64,000 nucleotides of DNA, from assembly GCF_001194135.2 (NCBI RefSeq), contig NC_068984.1, positions 53,463,306-53,527,305 of the forward strand, given 5' to 3'. The notes below the pieces were generated by a model. That model ran no database searches, was not told the DNA's origin, and was given only the letters and a program-made list of their open reading frames with translations. A program made the translations under genes and the position numbers. How positions within the stretch are numbered: the stretch's first letter is position 1; every line of letters starts with the position of its first letter. Below, piece by piece: positions 36,050 through 49,408 of this stretch. Origin of the DNA: Octopus bimaculoides. Its lineage: Eukaryota.

Positions 36050-36249
36050 TCAATCTCACCAATCTCCATCAACAAATAAATGAGGAGAAAAGTCGATTCG
36101 TTATTTAATACGAATGGTATAACTTGCGTGAGAAGTTGGTTGCTATTTTTTAGCTGGTCGATGGATCACACAAACACAGAGAAGCTGTCCTTGTTGGCTG
36201 CAGATAAAATTACGATGAGAGATGAAGAAACACAAGATGGTTTAAAGGA

Positions 36250-36660
36250 AATAACTGTCAGGAAAGATAAACATTACAGTGACAAACATTATGGAAAGCA
36301 AATGAGAAAAATAGCGCGGAATCAATCAGTATTAGGTATTGAGAAAACAAAAACCACTAAAGGGATTGAATTAATTATGATAGAACAAGAATAGGAGAAA
36401 AAGAACAAATCGTATCAAAGACTGAATAGAAATGCAGCAAGCTACGTGGGGGATGTAAAGAAGACAGTTTGGACGTGTGATGAAGTAAACGAAATTGATA
36501 ATTATTTGGTTAGGAAACGTATGAAAATATCCTAAAGAGATGAGGTGAAAAAAAAAATCCCAACAGACGTTAGATATCGGAGAACATTCGAGAAGATTGG
36601 GATGAAAATAAACGAGAAATGACAGACGTAAACGAGAAACAACAATGCGGGATACAATTC
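36250..36660 (+). mobile_element. Very decayed RTE-like 3' relic
   Basis: Purine-rich; weak remnants FGRVM (WxGHVxRM) and PNRR*ISENIRED (GRPxxRW...D). Confidence 0.3.
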
Positions 36661-37113
36661 TGCAGGAATTGTTTGTTCAAACAGGTCACCGTTAATAATG
36701 TAACAATTCAACTAAATGTAATACTAATTGATAAGGTAATGAATAAAGCGAACCATGTCAGAGGGAATTTTATCATTCCCCCCAGACAATAGAGGTGTTC
36801 TGTAAGGAATGAAAAACGATCGATATTTACAGGAACTGAGCAATGGAATTAAAACAATGGCGGAAATTATAAAGTGTCTGTAATGCTAAACAGGACTGAA
36901 TATGATTAATGGCATTTTAAAAAATGTATTGCTCTGAGGATCTTCCTAGTTGACATAGCTGTATGGTTAAGAAGCTCGGTTTGCAATCTCGTGGTTTCGA
37001 ATTCATTTCCATTACACGGCAACTTGAGCTTGTATCTTCTACTATTGTCTCGGGCTGACCGATACATTGTCAGTATAACAACTACACACCGATGATTTAT
37101 TTATAATGATCAA

Positions 37114-37184
37114 AAGTTTGTGTTGCACATAAGTTTGTGTTGCACATAAGTTTGTGTTGCACATAAGTTTGTGTTGCACATAAG
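37114..37184. repeat. Perfect tandem repeat, 4 x 17 bp AAGTTTGTGTTGCACAT
   Basis: Identical units at 37114, 37131, 37148 and 37165; no spacers. Confidence 0.97.
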
Positions 37185-37370
37185 CTCACTCTCTCCATCA
37201 AATCGGCAGTACCTGTACAGGTAAAGACGAGCCACGTGTCAGATGATAGAATGATCGAAGAGCAATGTGAAATGAAGTATTTTGCTCAAAGTATTTTGCA
37301 ACACCCTGTCTGGGAATCGAAACCACGATCTCGCATTCGTGAGGGAAACACTCTAATCACACACATCTTC

Positions 37371-37405
<35 letters not shown>

Positions 37406-37447
37406 AAGATAGATAGACAGACAGACAGGCACACACACACACATATC

Positions 37448-37722
37448 CTTTTACTTGTTTCAGTCATTCGACTGAAACCATGCTGGGTCATCGCCTTGAA
37501 GGATTTAGTCGAAATCGACCTCAATATTTATTTTTAAGCCTGTACTTATTCTCTCGCCACGAACATCGGTGGTGGTGGACAGACAGACAGACAGGCACAC
37601 ACATACACGTCGATATATATATAAGGGGTTTCGTTCAGTTTCTGTCTACCAAATCTACTCACAAGGGTTTGGTCGGTTCGGGGCTTCTGTAGAAGCCACT
37701 TGCCTAAAGTGCTACGCAAGTA
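37448..37722 (-). mobile_element. SINE family C copy, head truncated at a (TTTC)n array
   Basis: Tail, internal microsatellite and core recognisable. Other C halves at 23838-24020-, 41815-42050-, 42321-42481+, 43280-43510+, 43545-43706-, 58620-58815-. Confidence 0.75.
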
Positions 37723-37728
37723 CCCCAC

Positions 37729-37732
37729 TTTC

Positions 37733-37826
<94 letters not shown>

Positions 37827-37833
37827 CGTTTCC

Positions 37834-37865
<32 letters not shown>

Positions 37866-38019
37866 CATACTTACATGCATACATACATACATACATACAT
37901 ACACACATACATACATACATACATACATACACACACACATAGATACATACATACATGCGTACGTACACACACACATATAAATGCATACATACATACATAC
38001 ATGCATACATACACACACG

Positions 38020-38050
<31 letters not shown>

Positions 38051-38122
38051 GCGTACGTACACACACATATAAATGCATACATACATACATACATACATAC
38101 ATACATACACACATACATACAT
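37729..38122. repeat. (TTTC)n followed by a long degenerate (TACA)n array
   Basis: Directly visible; an internal duplication of about 45 bp is present. Confidence 0.95.
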
Positions 38123-38806
38123 ATAATCATGTGTGCATGCATCTAAGTATGTGTCAGTAGGCTTGTATATGTATATATATGTCTATATTAAATCTAATAC
38201 ACTGTCTGATAAACGTATATTCAATCTCACTATGGAAATATAACAAGGGAATATATGTATATATAGTTATGCAAAACAACGCTTATTTTGGAGTTTTATT
38301 AATATATATTAATATAATACACTTTATTAACACATACATAATACATACATACATACATACATACATAAAAGGACCTCCGTTGCCATCGACAATGAATATC
38401 CCCAGCGTTAGATCAATGAAGCAGTTTACATGTAAAATTAGGGTGTCTGTGGCGGAATATGCAACAGACCTGGGCACTTTTAAAGTAATTACTTATAGTT
38501 TAGAGAAACGGTGTGACATAAAGTTGGCAAGAATGGGTCATTGAATTTCAGGTATAATCCATTCGAAACGCTTCCATGCAGTTTTTACCCACATAGTTTC
38601 ATTTACAATTGGATAATTGGATAATTGGATAATTAGAGACCATGTTAAAAAACATGTCCAAGTTTGCCAATCTATGGTGTCGAACTATGAGACACAATAT
38701 TGCAAGGCGAACTTTTTAACCTTTCGATTTTGCATGCATACATAGGCGCACATACATGCACACATACATGCACACATACATGCGCGCATACATGCACACA
38801 CAATAC

Positions 38807-39852
38807 ATGATGGCTGCCCCCTCGTTATCGAGTATGGCCATTGCACGAAGCTTAACTTAACGGTGCTGTGATCGAATGTGACTTTTTAGCCCAGCCAAAG
38901 ATCTACAATGTCTTGCACAGAATTGGCATCCAAAACCTTTACTGGCAATAGCTGGCTGTTGTTGTAATTGGGCTCCATGTACCTTTGCGTGTCGTTTAAG
39001 TCCTCCTGCTGAATCACACTCCCTTCCACATGCCCGACAGACACGATTAGTATGGTGTGTAGCATCATCACCAGCGGCCTGGTAGTCAATCATCGGTCTT
39101 GCTTTATGACTACGAAGATGACTCATAAGNNNNNNNNNNNNNNNNNNNNNNNNNNNNNNNNNNNNNNNNNNNNNNNNNNNNNNNNNNNNNNNNNNNNNNN
39201 NNNNNNNNNNNNNNNNNNNNNNNNNNNNNNNNNNNNNNNNNNNNNNNNNNNNNNNNNNNNNNNNNNNNNNNNNNNNNNNNNNNNNNNNNNNNNNNNNNNN
39301 NNNNNNNNNNNNNNNNNNNNNNNNNNNNNNNNNNNNNNNNNNNNNNNNNNNNNNNNNNNNNNNNNNNNNNNNNNNNNNNNNNNNNNNNNNNNNNNNNNNN
39401 NNNNNNNNNNNNNNNNNNNNNNNNNNNNNNNNNNNNNNNNNNNNNNNNNNNNNNNNNNNNNNNNNNNNNNNNNNNNNNNNNNNNNNNNNNNNNNNNNNNN
39501 NNNNNNNNNNNNNNNNNNNNNNNNNNNNNNNNNNNNNNNNNNNNNNNNCTCAAAAATAGTTGTCCCCTCATGCACAATCTTTCTCCACCTGCCACGGTCA
39601 GTAGCAATGCCTTCCCACGTGTTAGGGGAGATGTTGGAATCTCTCAAGGAAACCTTCAGCAAGTCTTTATATCTCTTTTTTGGTTTATGTGGAGGTCGTT
39701 CTCTTTTAGCTAACTCTCCATAAAAGAGTTGTTTTGGCATCCTTGAATCTTTCATCCTGACCAGATGACCACTCCATCTGAGCCTTTGCTTCAACACAAG
39801 AGCTTCTATACTTTCACACCGAGAGCTTTCCAATATCTCAAGGTCGCTGATG
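38807..39852 (-). mobile_element. RTE (BovB-like) LINE, 5'-truncated, reading frame intact where sequenced, with at least three C-terminal C2H2 fingers; spans a 419-N gap
   Basis: LESSRCESIEALVLKQRLRWSGHLVRMKDSRMPKQLFYGEL...KPKKRYKDLLK...DRGRWR...GTTIFE [gap] LMSHLRSH...CRACGRECDSAGGLKRHAKVH...CQFCARHCRSLAGLKSHIRSQHR*; short 3'UTR ending GCAGCCATCAT. Confidence 0.9.
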
Positions 39853-40965
39853 CATAATACATACATACATACATACATACATACATACATACATACATAC
39901 ATTCATACATACATACATACATACGCATTTGCACACAAATGTATGTATACACACATATATATGTATATGTGTATGAGTGTATATGCGTGAATGTGAGCTT
40001 ATATATAGGAATACATGCATGCATAATACATATATATAGGTATTCATGTAATTCATGTAAATATATATCTATATCTATCTATATATNNNNNNNNNNNNNN
40101 NNNNNNNNNNNNNNNNNNNNNNNNNNNNNNNNNNNNNNNNNNNNNNNNNNNNNNNNNNNNNNNNNNNNNNNNNNNNNNNNNNNNNNNNNNNNNNNNNNNN
40201 NNNNNNNNNNNNNNNNNNNNNNNNNNNNNNNNNNNNNNNNNNNNNNNNNNNNNNNNNNNNNNNNNNNNNNNNNNNNNNNNNNNNNNNNNNNNNNNNNNNN
40301 NNNNNNNNNNNNNNNNNNNNNNNNNNNNNNNNNNNNNNNNNNNNNNNNNNNNNNNNNNNNNNNNNNNNNNNNNNNNNNNNNNNNNNNNNNNNNNNNNNNN
40401 NNNNNNNNNNNNNNNNNNNNNNNNNNNNNNNNNNNNNNNNNNNNNNNNNNNNNNNNNNNNNNNNNNNNNNNNNNNNNNNNNNNNNNNNNNNNNNNNNNNN
40501 NNNNNNNNNNNNNNNNNNNNNNNNNNNNNNNNNNNNNNNNNNNNNNNNNNNNNNNNNNNNNNNNNNNNNNNNNNNNNNNNNATATATATATATATATATA
40601 TATATACATACATGCATATATGTATGTATATATATGTATACACACATATGCATGAATCTATCTATCTATCTACCTCTCCCCTTCTATGTATGTATATACA
40701 CACACATAAATATATACGCACATATACACATATATGAATGTACACTCCCATATCTCTGTGTGTGAGCATGCATACGTATAAACAGACATGCATAAAAATA
40801 TATGCATATATATACAAGCATACACATACAATATGTAAGGGTCGACCGTGCATACACAGAAATGTATATACTTATGCATTTGAATGCTTGTTTGGGCGTG
40901 AATTACGAATAAGAACATATATATCCATATAAAGGCATACACGCATAATACAAACATTTAGGTGT

Positions 40966-41017
<52 letters not shown>

Positions 41018-41059
41018 TGTATCTCTATCTATCTATCTAGCTAGCTAGCTAGCTTTCTT

Positions 41060-41094
<35 letters not shown>

Positions 41095-41104
41095 NNNNNN
41101 NNNN

Positions 41105-41140
<36 letters not shown>

Positions 41141-42481
41141 CACACATATATGTGAACGAACACTCTTCATGTGTCTGTGAGTATGTGTGAGAGCATACAT
41201 ACATACATACATACATATATACATACATACATACATACATACATATACGTTTTCATTCACAGCAGCCAATAATAATAAAAAATATGTTTATTGGTTTATA
41301 TAAGCAATATCATATTAGATTTTTTTCATTTTCAGAAACAAGTCACCGTATTATGTATTTAGAGAATAGCATCTGATATATATTCCTTTTGAAGTCGAAA
41401 TGCCAGCTTCAACAAATGCACATGTATATAGGAATCATAGCGAAAATATTATTTTGTCTCTCAATTCAACTTGATATTTATATCTTATTTATTTGAAACA
41501 AATTAAAGATAAAAAACAAACAAAAAAAACCCAAAACCATACACTTCAGAAGCAATATTAAAAAGTAAATAGAGTAAATTTAGGACAAAACAATATCCTC
41601 GTATATTAATAATTATTAACTTTTGTATGATTTATGTTGCTAAAAATACACGCCTGTAATGAGCTTTGTTGGACTAAGTTGATCTAATTTACGAAGAGCC
41701 GTTTGATAGGGCAAAATCTTGGTTAAGTACAAATATTTACAAGTTTGGAAGATTGAAAGAATTAGTATTGATTTCTTATATAGCCACAAGGCCTAAAAGT
41801 CTATGGAGTGGATATCGTATCACATATTTTCATTTATCTTTTACTTGCTTCAGTCATTTTGACTGCGGCTATGTTGGGGTTACCACCTAGAAGGGTTTTA
41901 TCGAATGAATCGACCCCGGTATTATTTTTTCGAAAGCTGGTACTGACTGTATCGGTCATTTTTGCAGAAAACCGCTACATTACGTGGACGCAAAGAAATC
42001 AACACCGGTTGTCAAGTGGTAGTGAGGGACAAACAGAGCACAACATGATACATACATACATACATACATACATACATACATACATACTTACATACTTACA
42101 TACTTACATACTTACGTACGTACATACAAAAATACATACATACATACATACATACATACATACATACATACATACATACNNNNNNNNNNCTTACGTACGT
42201 ACATACAAAAATACATACATACATACATACATACATACATACATACATACATACATACATACTTACATACATACAAAAATACAAAAATACATACATACAT
42301 ACATACATACATACATACATAAGCGCAGGCGTGGCTGTATGGTAAGAAGCTTGCTTCCCAACCACATAGTTCCGGGTTCAGTCTCACTGCGTGGCACCTT
42401 GGGTAAGTGTCTTCTACTATAGCCTCGGGCCGACCAAAGCTTTGTAAGTGGATTTGGTAGACGGAAACTGAAAGAAGCCCG

Positions 42482-43227
42482 TGGTCGCTGTTCCCGCCGG
42501 TGGTGTTGTCGCTAATAGAGCGACCACAGCAGGAGCAACAGTGCCAGCAACAGCAGCACCTACAACAGCAACGGGTGTACTGACAACACGCACCCACATA
42601 GATACGTGGGATACACTGGGAATTCTCTAAAACAGCATTTTTCCAATCATTTGTCATCCTTCAGAGTCCCGGAAAGGAGATACGTAACATTGCTGGCCAG
42701 CCATGTCTGGCAACTAAGAGACAACGGGATACCATACTCGATCGCATGGAAAATACTCGAGAACCCAGGCCCCTACATCAACGGGACGAAATGTTGCAAG
42801 TTATGCATTGCCGAACGCACGAGAATCCTAAAAGAATCGCTGGTACCTGGGAGCATCCTGAACTCCAGGACGGAAATTTTCAGACCATGTTTGCATTTTA
42901 GAAGATTCCTGCTGGCATTTTGGAATTCGCAAGGCGATGCCACAGCTGGCAGCCAATAGCCAATGCCGAAAGGGAGGCAATCATTTACATTCGTGGTTTT
43001 GTGGAAATCGCAAGAAGGCGGCGCAGCCGACGGTCGATGGCCAATGGCTAAGGGAGATAATCACCTCGTGTTTACCTTTATAGCGGGGCCTTTCTCCCTC
43101 CATATTTTGGAGAGGTTTTAGGCTAGCAGTGTTTTGGAGTCGGAAGATTCGCCGTAAGGCCAAACCCCTTATGAGCGAGAAATCCAGAGTGTGCTTCTCC
43201 TCCCCCGGATTAATGTATTTCTACAAA

Positions 43228-43230
<3 letters not shown>
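42482..43230 (+). mobile_element. Penelope-like element 3' end: GIY-YIG endonuclease plus 3'UTR/pLTR
   Basis: RYVGYTGNSLKQHFSNHLSSF...LASHVWQLRDNGIPYSIAWKILE...CKLCIAERTRI...LNSRTEIFRPCLH, the typical PLE GIY-YIG C-terminal pattern; open from about 42520 to 42959. Confidence 0.88.
43133..43200 (+). ncRNA. Degenerate hammerhead-ribozyme-like fold in the PLE 3'UTR
   Basis: CGGAAGA (CUGANGA-like) - stem TCGC/CGTAAGG..CCTTATG/GCGA - GAAA - TCCAGAG-TG. Several core deviations. Confidence 0.35.
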
Positions 43231-43273
<43 letters not shown>

Positions 43274-43969
43274 GTATATTTCTGCGCGTGTGTGTCTTTG
43301 TGTCTGTGTTTGTTCCTCCATCATCGCCTGACAACCAATATTGGCGTATTTACGTCCCTGTAAGTTAGCGGTTCGGCAGAAGAGACCGATAAAATAAGTA
43401 CTTGGCTTACAAAGATTATGTCCTGGGATCGATTGCTTCGACTAAAGACCCTTTGAGGCGGTGATCCAGCATGGCCACAGTCAAAATGACTGAAAGAAGT
43501 AAAATAATAATAAAAAGAATAATACACACACACACACCATTCTGCAGCCTTCTTTCAGTTTCTGTTTACCAAATCCACTCTCAAGGCTTTGGTCGATCCC
43601 GGGACTATTGTAGGAGACACTTGCACAAAGTGCCACGCAGTGGGACCGAACCTGAAAGCATGTAGATGGGAAACAAACTTCTTACCATACACCCACTTCT
43701 GCGCCTATAAAGTCAAGCCTGTGCTTCATATTGATTTCTTACATAGCCACAAGGCCTAACATCGATGGTGTGGATATAGTAGATTACATTAACTTCAGTT
43801 ATTCACTGGTCTTTCAGTTTATCGACCCTGGAAAGAGGAAAGGCAAAGCTGGCATCTGTGGGAATTGGACTGTGAAAGTAAGTGATCGTAACTAAATGCT
43901 GTAAGGCATTTTGTCCGACGCTCTAACGATTTTGCCAGTCTGTCGACCTACTAAGTAAGCGGCAACAAG

Positions 43970-44262
43970 AACTGGCTCTCCGTCGGTTACAACAGTCTGC
44001 TCATGAAATTAATGTACATATGGCTGAGCACTCCACAGACACGTGTATCCTTAACATAGTTCTCGGGGAGAGTCAGCGCGACACAGAGTATGACAAGGTT
44101 GGCCCTTTGAAATATAGATACTACTCCTTTTCGCCAGCTGAGTGAACTGGAGAAACTGGAAATAGAGTGTCTTGCTCAAGAGCCACGACGCGCGGTCAGG
44201 AATCGAACTCACGACCTTACGATCATGAACCGAGTACCCCCTAACCACTAAACCATGCATAT
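43970..44262 (-). mobile_element. SINE family D copy with an internal deletion
   Basis: Same head, core and 3' module as 2634-2956. Confidence 0.8.
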
Positions 44263-47200
44263 GAAATAGTATCAGTATTTAGCATATGTAGGTTACAAGA
44301 TTACAAATTTTTGGGGAAATGAACAGTCGATTTTATCGATCCAAATACTTAATTGGTGTGTATTTTATCGGCCTCGGAAGGATGAATAAGAAAGTTGATT
44401 TCAGCGGGATTTGATCTCGGAATGTAAAAGGGTGCAATTAAATACTGCAATATATTTGGCCCGACGCTGGTAATATCACTTCTAATATAGGCACAAAGCA
44501 TAAATTTGGAGCGATGGCTTTGTAGATTGAAACGGGCCCAGCATTTGATTGGTGCTTATTATTTTATCAACCTCCTTCAAAGATGAATGGTAAATCTAAC
44601 GCCAGTAGAATTTCAACCCGAGAAGTTAATAGTCTCAAATAAATATCTCATGATGATTTGTTCGATGCAAGTAATAAGGGTTTCTAAATTAAGCGCAAGA
44701 CCAACAATTATAGAGGGAAGAGGTTTGTTGATAACATCGACCCTAGTGTTTGACTGGTATTTTGTTTTATTAATCCCGAAGAGATTAAAGGCGAAATTGA
44801 CGTCGGTGGGATTTGATCTCATAACGTTAGCAACTTGATGATATATTGCAAGGCAGTTCTGACACTTTTACGATTCTGCCAGCACACCGCCTTATCCGAT
44901 GCTTTCTACTATAGGTATGAGGCCTGGAATTTAGCGGGAGAAAGCTCGTCGATTACATTACCCCCAGCACTTGACTGATACTTATTTTATCAACGTCGAA
45001 ATGATGAAAGGGAAAGTTGACCCCAGTGGCATTTGAACTTAGAATGTCAAGGACTCCATGCGAGATCATATTTTATATTTCGGAGCTAGTACATCTAGGT
45101 CTACATTGTCAAATGTATTCTTTACATAGAAAAAAACACACAGTAACATGTAATTTGAGATCTGGTTGTTGTTTCTAAACAGTCGAACATCTAGGTAAAG
45201 TGACTGCCTCATATTACAAATGAGAGGCGCAAAATGAGAAATAAATTACGTTAAAGTTGGAAATAGTGTCTACTCTCTACTCAGTGTTGTGTTGGGTTAA
45301 TGCTAAATATCTCAAAATATAACACATCTCAAATAGTATTTCTCCTTTGTATAGTTACATGTAACTATAGTATGATTATATCTGATTGTAATCAGGAACT
45401 TGTAAGCAGGAACTTGGTGATACATAAATACGCTGAAAAATATAGGATTTTTAACGTTTTGTTATAGGAAAAAGGGAAGCACCCATGAAAGACTGGTAAA
45501 GAAAAATGTTGAAACTATAATTAGATCGGAGTTCGGGTTCGAATACTTGCAACAGAATTGATTCGGCTAAAGACAACCAATAGCTAGGTGATTGTTTTAA
45601 ACCGAGAGATGGATTGAGTCTACCAGGCAAGAGAAAATACGGTCCATCAGCCAGGTTTCTATACAATTTCCACCTATCTAATTACATCCACAAGGATTGG
45701 GTCATTTCGAGGTTATAGAAGATGAAACTTCCCAGGGAGGTGTACAGTAGGATTAAAACCGGAACAACGTGTTTGCGGTGCAAATTCCATAATTAAACGT
45801 CCACACCTACGCCCATATGTGAAATGATTTTAAGTGAAATAAATTGGCAATAAATTAGATCGATACCAATATATCTTAGGAAAGAACACTTTTATCATAA
45901 TCTCAGGTCAACCAAATATTGTGCGTGAAATTACAACTGAGTAACATCTCAGGCAACCGTCATAGCCTCAGGATAACTGATCCTTGTGACTGAAATTATA
46001 CGGAAGCTTGCCCTGGAAGCCTTCAAAAGTCTAGCCTTGTCACGCTGTGTTACACGCTATGTCACATTGATTATGTTTGAGAATTTCTTTAAGGATACAT
46101 GTATCTGTGGAATGTTCAGCCATTTATACGATAATCCAATGACCAAGAACTTCAGTTAATCGAACAATTGAATGCAAATCAAAAGCGACGGTGATCCATT
46201 TACTTTTACTGTATCTATGTAAGTTCTCTTCCGTTTGAAATCTTCCACATGTTCCAACGACAATATCAGGTTGTCATGTTTACACTTGTATATGTATGTA
46301 TGTATGTATGTATGTTTTCTTTTTGAAATTTAAGATCTTAATACTAAAACACTGGTCCATAACAAAGTACAAATACCTTTTTGAGAGAGTTAGAATGTTC
46401 TACGCATCTCTGTATGTGAGCATGTGTGCGTGCGAGTGTCTGTGTGAGAGCAGATATATCTATATCGGCTTCCACGTATGTACAATAGCTGCTATATGTC
46501 CTAGTAAACATTTGTATAAACAAGTGTATACATACGTGTATAGCTGTGCTTGTATGGGTTTAGGCAAGAGAATCTTTTACAACGTTTTGTAATGTTTTGC
46601 AAATCTTCCCTCCTCTCTCTGTTTCAGGGAAAAGTTTTTAATTACATATATTGGTGCACGACCACAGTGTTGCAAGGCGGGTCTCGTCGAATGAATTGAC
46701 TGCAGTACATGACTGCACTTATTTTCATCGATTTAGGTTTAGAAGGTGATACTTAGATTTGAACACAATAAGATGAAACTAAATACAATGAAACGTTTAC
46801 TCCTGCCATCTACTAATACTGACGAGAGTTCCAGAAAGAGACTCAACACGACCACTGGAACTGTAATCAATTCTTTTCTCTCTCTCAGATCACTTTCCAG
46901 CATCACCTTATTCTGTCTCTTGTTGCTTTAGGTCTTCGATTTCGTTCTTTAATGAAAGCCTGTACAAGGCCTGTAATTTTGCGGGAAGGGACTAGTCGAT
47001 TACATTACCCTCAATTCTCAACTGGTACTTATTTAATGACCCCGAAAGGATGAAAGGTAAGATTATAAAAGATAACAAGAAACTGTAATATCTTTCTTGC
47101 TGCCCCATGAAATTAAAACTACAAACTAACACTAACAGTATACTGCAAAACCTAAAAACTTATTACTTATAAGTAACATTCTGTATATTTTACTTAACGT

Positions 47201-47723
47201 GGATATGTTGTAGGCAGCCACTGTAGTGCTAAAAAGCACAGAAGAATATCAGTAGTGGACGAAAACCGTCTTAATTATACAAGCCACAAGCCTGTAAATT
47301 CACGAAGAGGCTACAAATGATCAATGTGGTTTATAAACCCAACTGCAAACTTCATGACACCTACTGTACAATAAAAGTTTCATTTTATTAAGCTTCATCT
47401 TCTTGTGTTTAAATTCTAAGTATCGATTTAATCTTTGGACATATAAACACGACACTCTCCCGTCGAGACTACATGCACCTACAATGAAGAGCAATCGCAA
47501 TGCATTTTACACAGAACAAAACTAAATAGGAAAAACTTAGTTGACAAGACATTTATACTTTACAGAACTTACCGCCTCCAGCATACAAAAAAAAGAAAAA
47601 GAAAAAGAATAAAATGAAAAAACGACTACTAAGGATGGCAGCAGATCTAATATTAAATTGTTAAATTAGACACACAGGCAAGACGTACTATCCGCAAAGA
47701 AAAATAAACACCTGACTGGTTAG

Positions 47724-47782
<59 letters not shown>

Positions 47783-48495
47783 CGTGTGTGTGTCAAAATC
47801 AGCCTGTAAACTTTACACACACACACTCACACACATATGCACACACATGTACATCCACACTTTCACACACATTTACAGGCACTCACACATGCACGTATAA
47901 TGCATCTCATTAGCACTGTAAATATTGTGTGACGAAAGTATACCATCTGGATGGAAAGTTGTCAAGATAAAGATAATGAATATTTGTTGTTGATATTGTT
48001 GTTTAACCCTGGGTCTGCATTAAGTGGAGAAACCATGCTGAAAGGTATTCCACCATGGAATTATTCAGTTCAGAAATTACACAGCGTGTCCTTCAATTTT
48101 TTTCCTATGATGACAAGGTGTGATCTGATAGAGGGAACTGACTACTATTCCTAGCAAGTCTAGTGAATGCGTTGAGTCTACCTCTATGATTCAAGTCAGT
48201 AACAGTTGATGGCAGGAGTAAATATTTAATTCTATTTAGTTTCATCTCTCCGTGTACAAATTTTACCGCTATCGATCTTGTTGTTAATCCCCCGAGGTCG
48301 ATAAAATAAGTGACATACACACATACACGCGCATAACACACACACACCTTCACATACACACATACCTTCACACACTCAAACACACACGCGCGCGCGCACA
48401 CACACAGAGAAACTAAAAGAAAGTTTGAAAGAAAACTAACAGCATATGTGAAGTGAGAATGTGACCAGTGAGCAGAGAGCTGATTACGTGAAACG

Positions 48496-48498
48496 GGA

Positions 48499-48576
<78 letters not shown>
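48496..48576. repeat. (GA)n microsatellite
   Basis: Directly visible. Confidence 0.97.
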
Positions 48577-48579
<3 letters not shown>

Positions 48580-48896
48580 GCAATGAAATAAAATGAATAA
48601 AGAACTGCAGAGGTAGACTATGGGAAAGATCTTCGAGAAAAGAACCGAATACGACCAGAAAAGAACCGTTTCTTTATTAGAGAAATATTCAAGCAAGATG
48701 ACTAAGATACGATTTGAGTCTCCTACGATAATGACATCAGAATGAAAAAGGCTATGGTTTTCAAACTTCAATCCGTTATCAAGTTCGTAAACGTTAATAG
48801 ATTAAAGAAGCAATGTTATGAAGCTATATAAATTTAAGATCAAAGTAAACTAAAATTTCCACTGGTCACGCTTGTCACTATAATAATCCTTTCTGT

Positions 48897-49408
48897 TAAA
48901 AAAAAGTATGGAGCGCAAGTGTAATTTCAATAAAGAACAAAATAAGAATTTTTAACACTAACGTAAAAGCGGTTTTATTGTATGGGGCTGAGACATGGAG
49001 AACAACAGTTAAGTCAAATAAGCAAATACAATCATTCATCAACAGGTGCTTGCGTAGTATACTTAAAATCAGATGGCCCGAACACATAAGCAATATGGAG
49101 CTATGGCAAAGAACGAATCAAGTTCCGATTAGAGAGCAAATATTTAAGAAAAAGTGGAAGTGGATTGGTAGCACAATTAGAAAGGACACACCAAATGCAG
49201 CGAAAAGTGCTTTACAGTGGAATCCGGAGGGATATAGAAAGAGGGGTAGGCCTAAGAACTCGTGGCGTAGATCAACACAAAAGGAACTAGAGAAAGGGGG
49301 ACATTCATGGCAGAGTATAAGTACATAAGCGAGAAATTATGCGATATGGAATTCAATTATAAGTGGTCTATACTCCGCGTTGGAGGGTTAAAGGCAAGAA
49401 GAAGAAGA
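48897..49408 (+). mobile_element. RTE-clade LINE 3' end (SR2/Perere-3-like), 5'-truncated
   Basis: KIRIFNTNVKAVLLYGAETW...RCLRSILKIRWPEHISN.ELW...KWKWIGSTIRK...ALQWNPEGYRKRGRPKNSWRR; one premature stop; (AAG)n tail. Confidence 0.9.

Noticed and set aside
37114-37184. CRISPR-like array
   Set aside because: No spacers, no cas genes, eukaryotic context.
37546-38146. MYVC/HTYI/KERK-repeat ORFs, and VCVC/HTHT ORFs elsewhere
   Set aside because: Translations of (TACA)n, (TTTC)n and (CA)n arrays.
42111-42230. Direct duplication around a 10-N gap, with head-to-head SINE C halves on either side
   Set aside because: Identical sequence on both sides of a minimal gap suggests an unmerged contig overlap, so the local arrangement is unreliable.
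45350-45369. Perfect 20-bp palindrome TATAGTTACATGTAACTATA
   Set aside because: One such palindrome is not unexpected in about 59 kb of AT-rich sequence.
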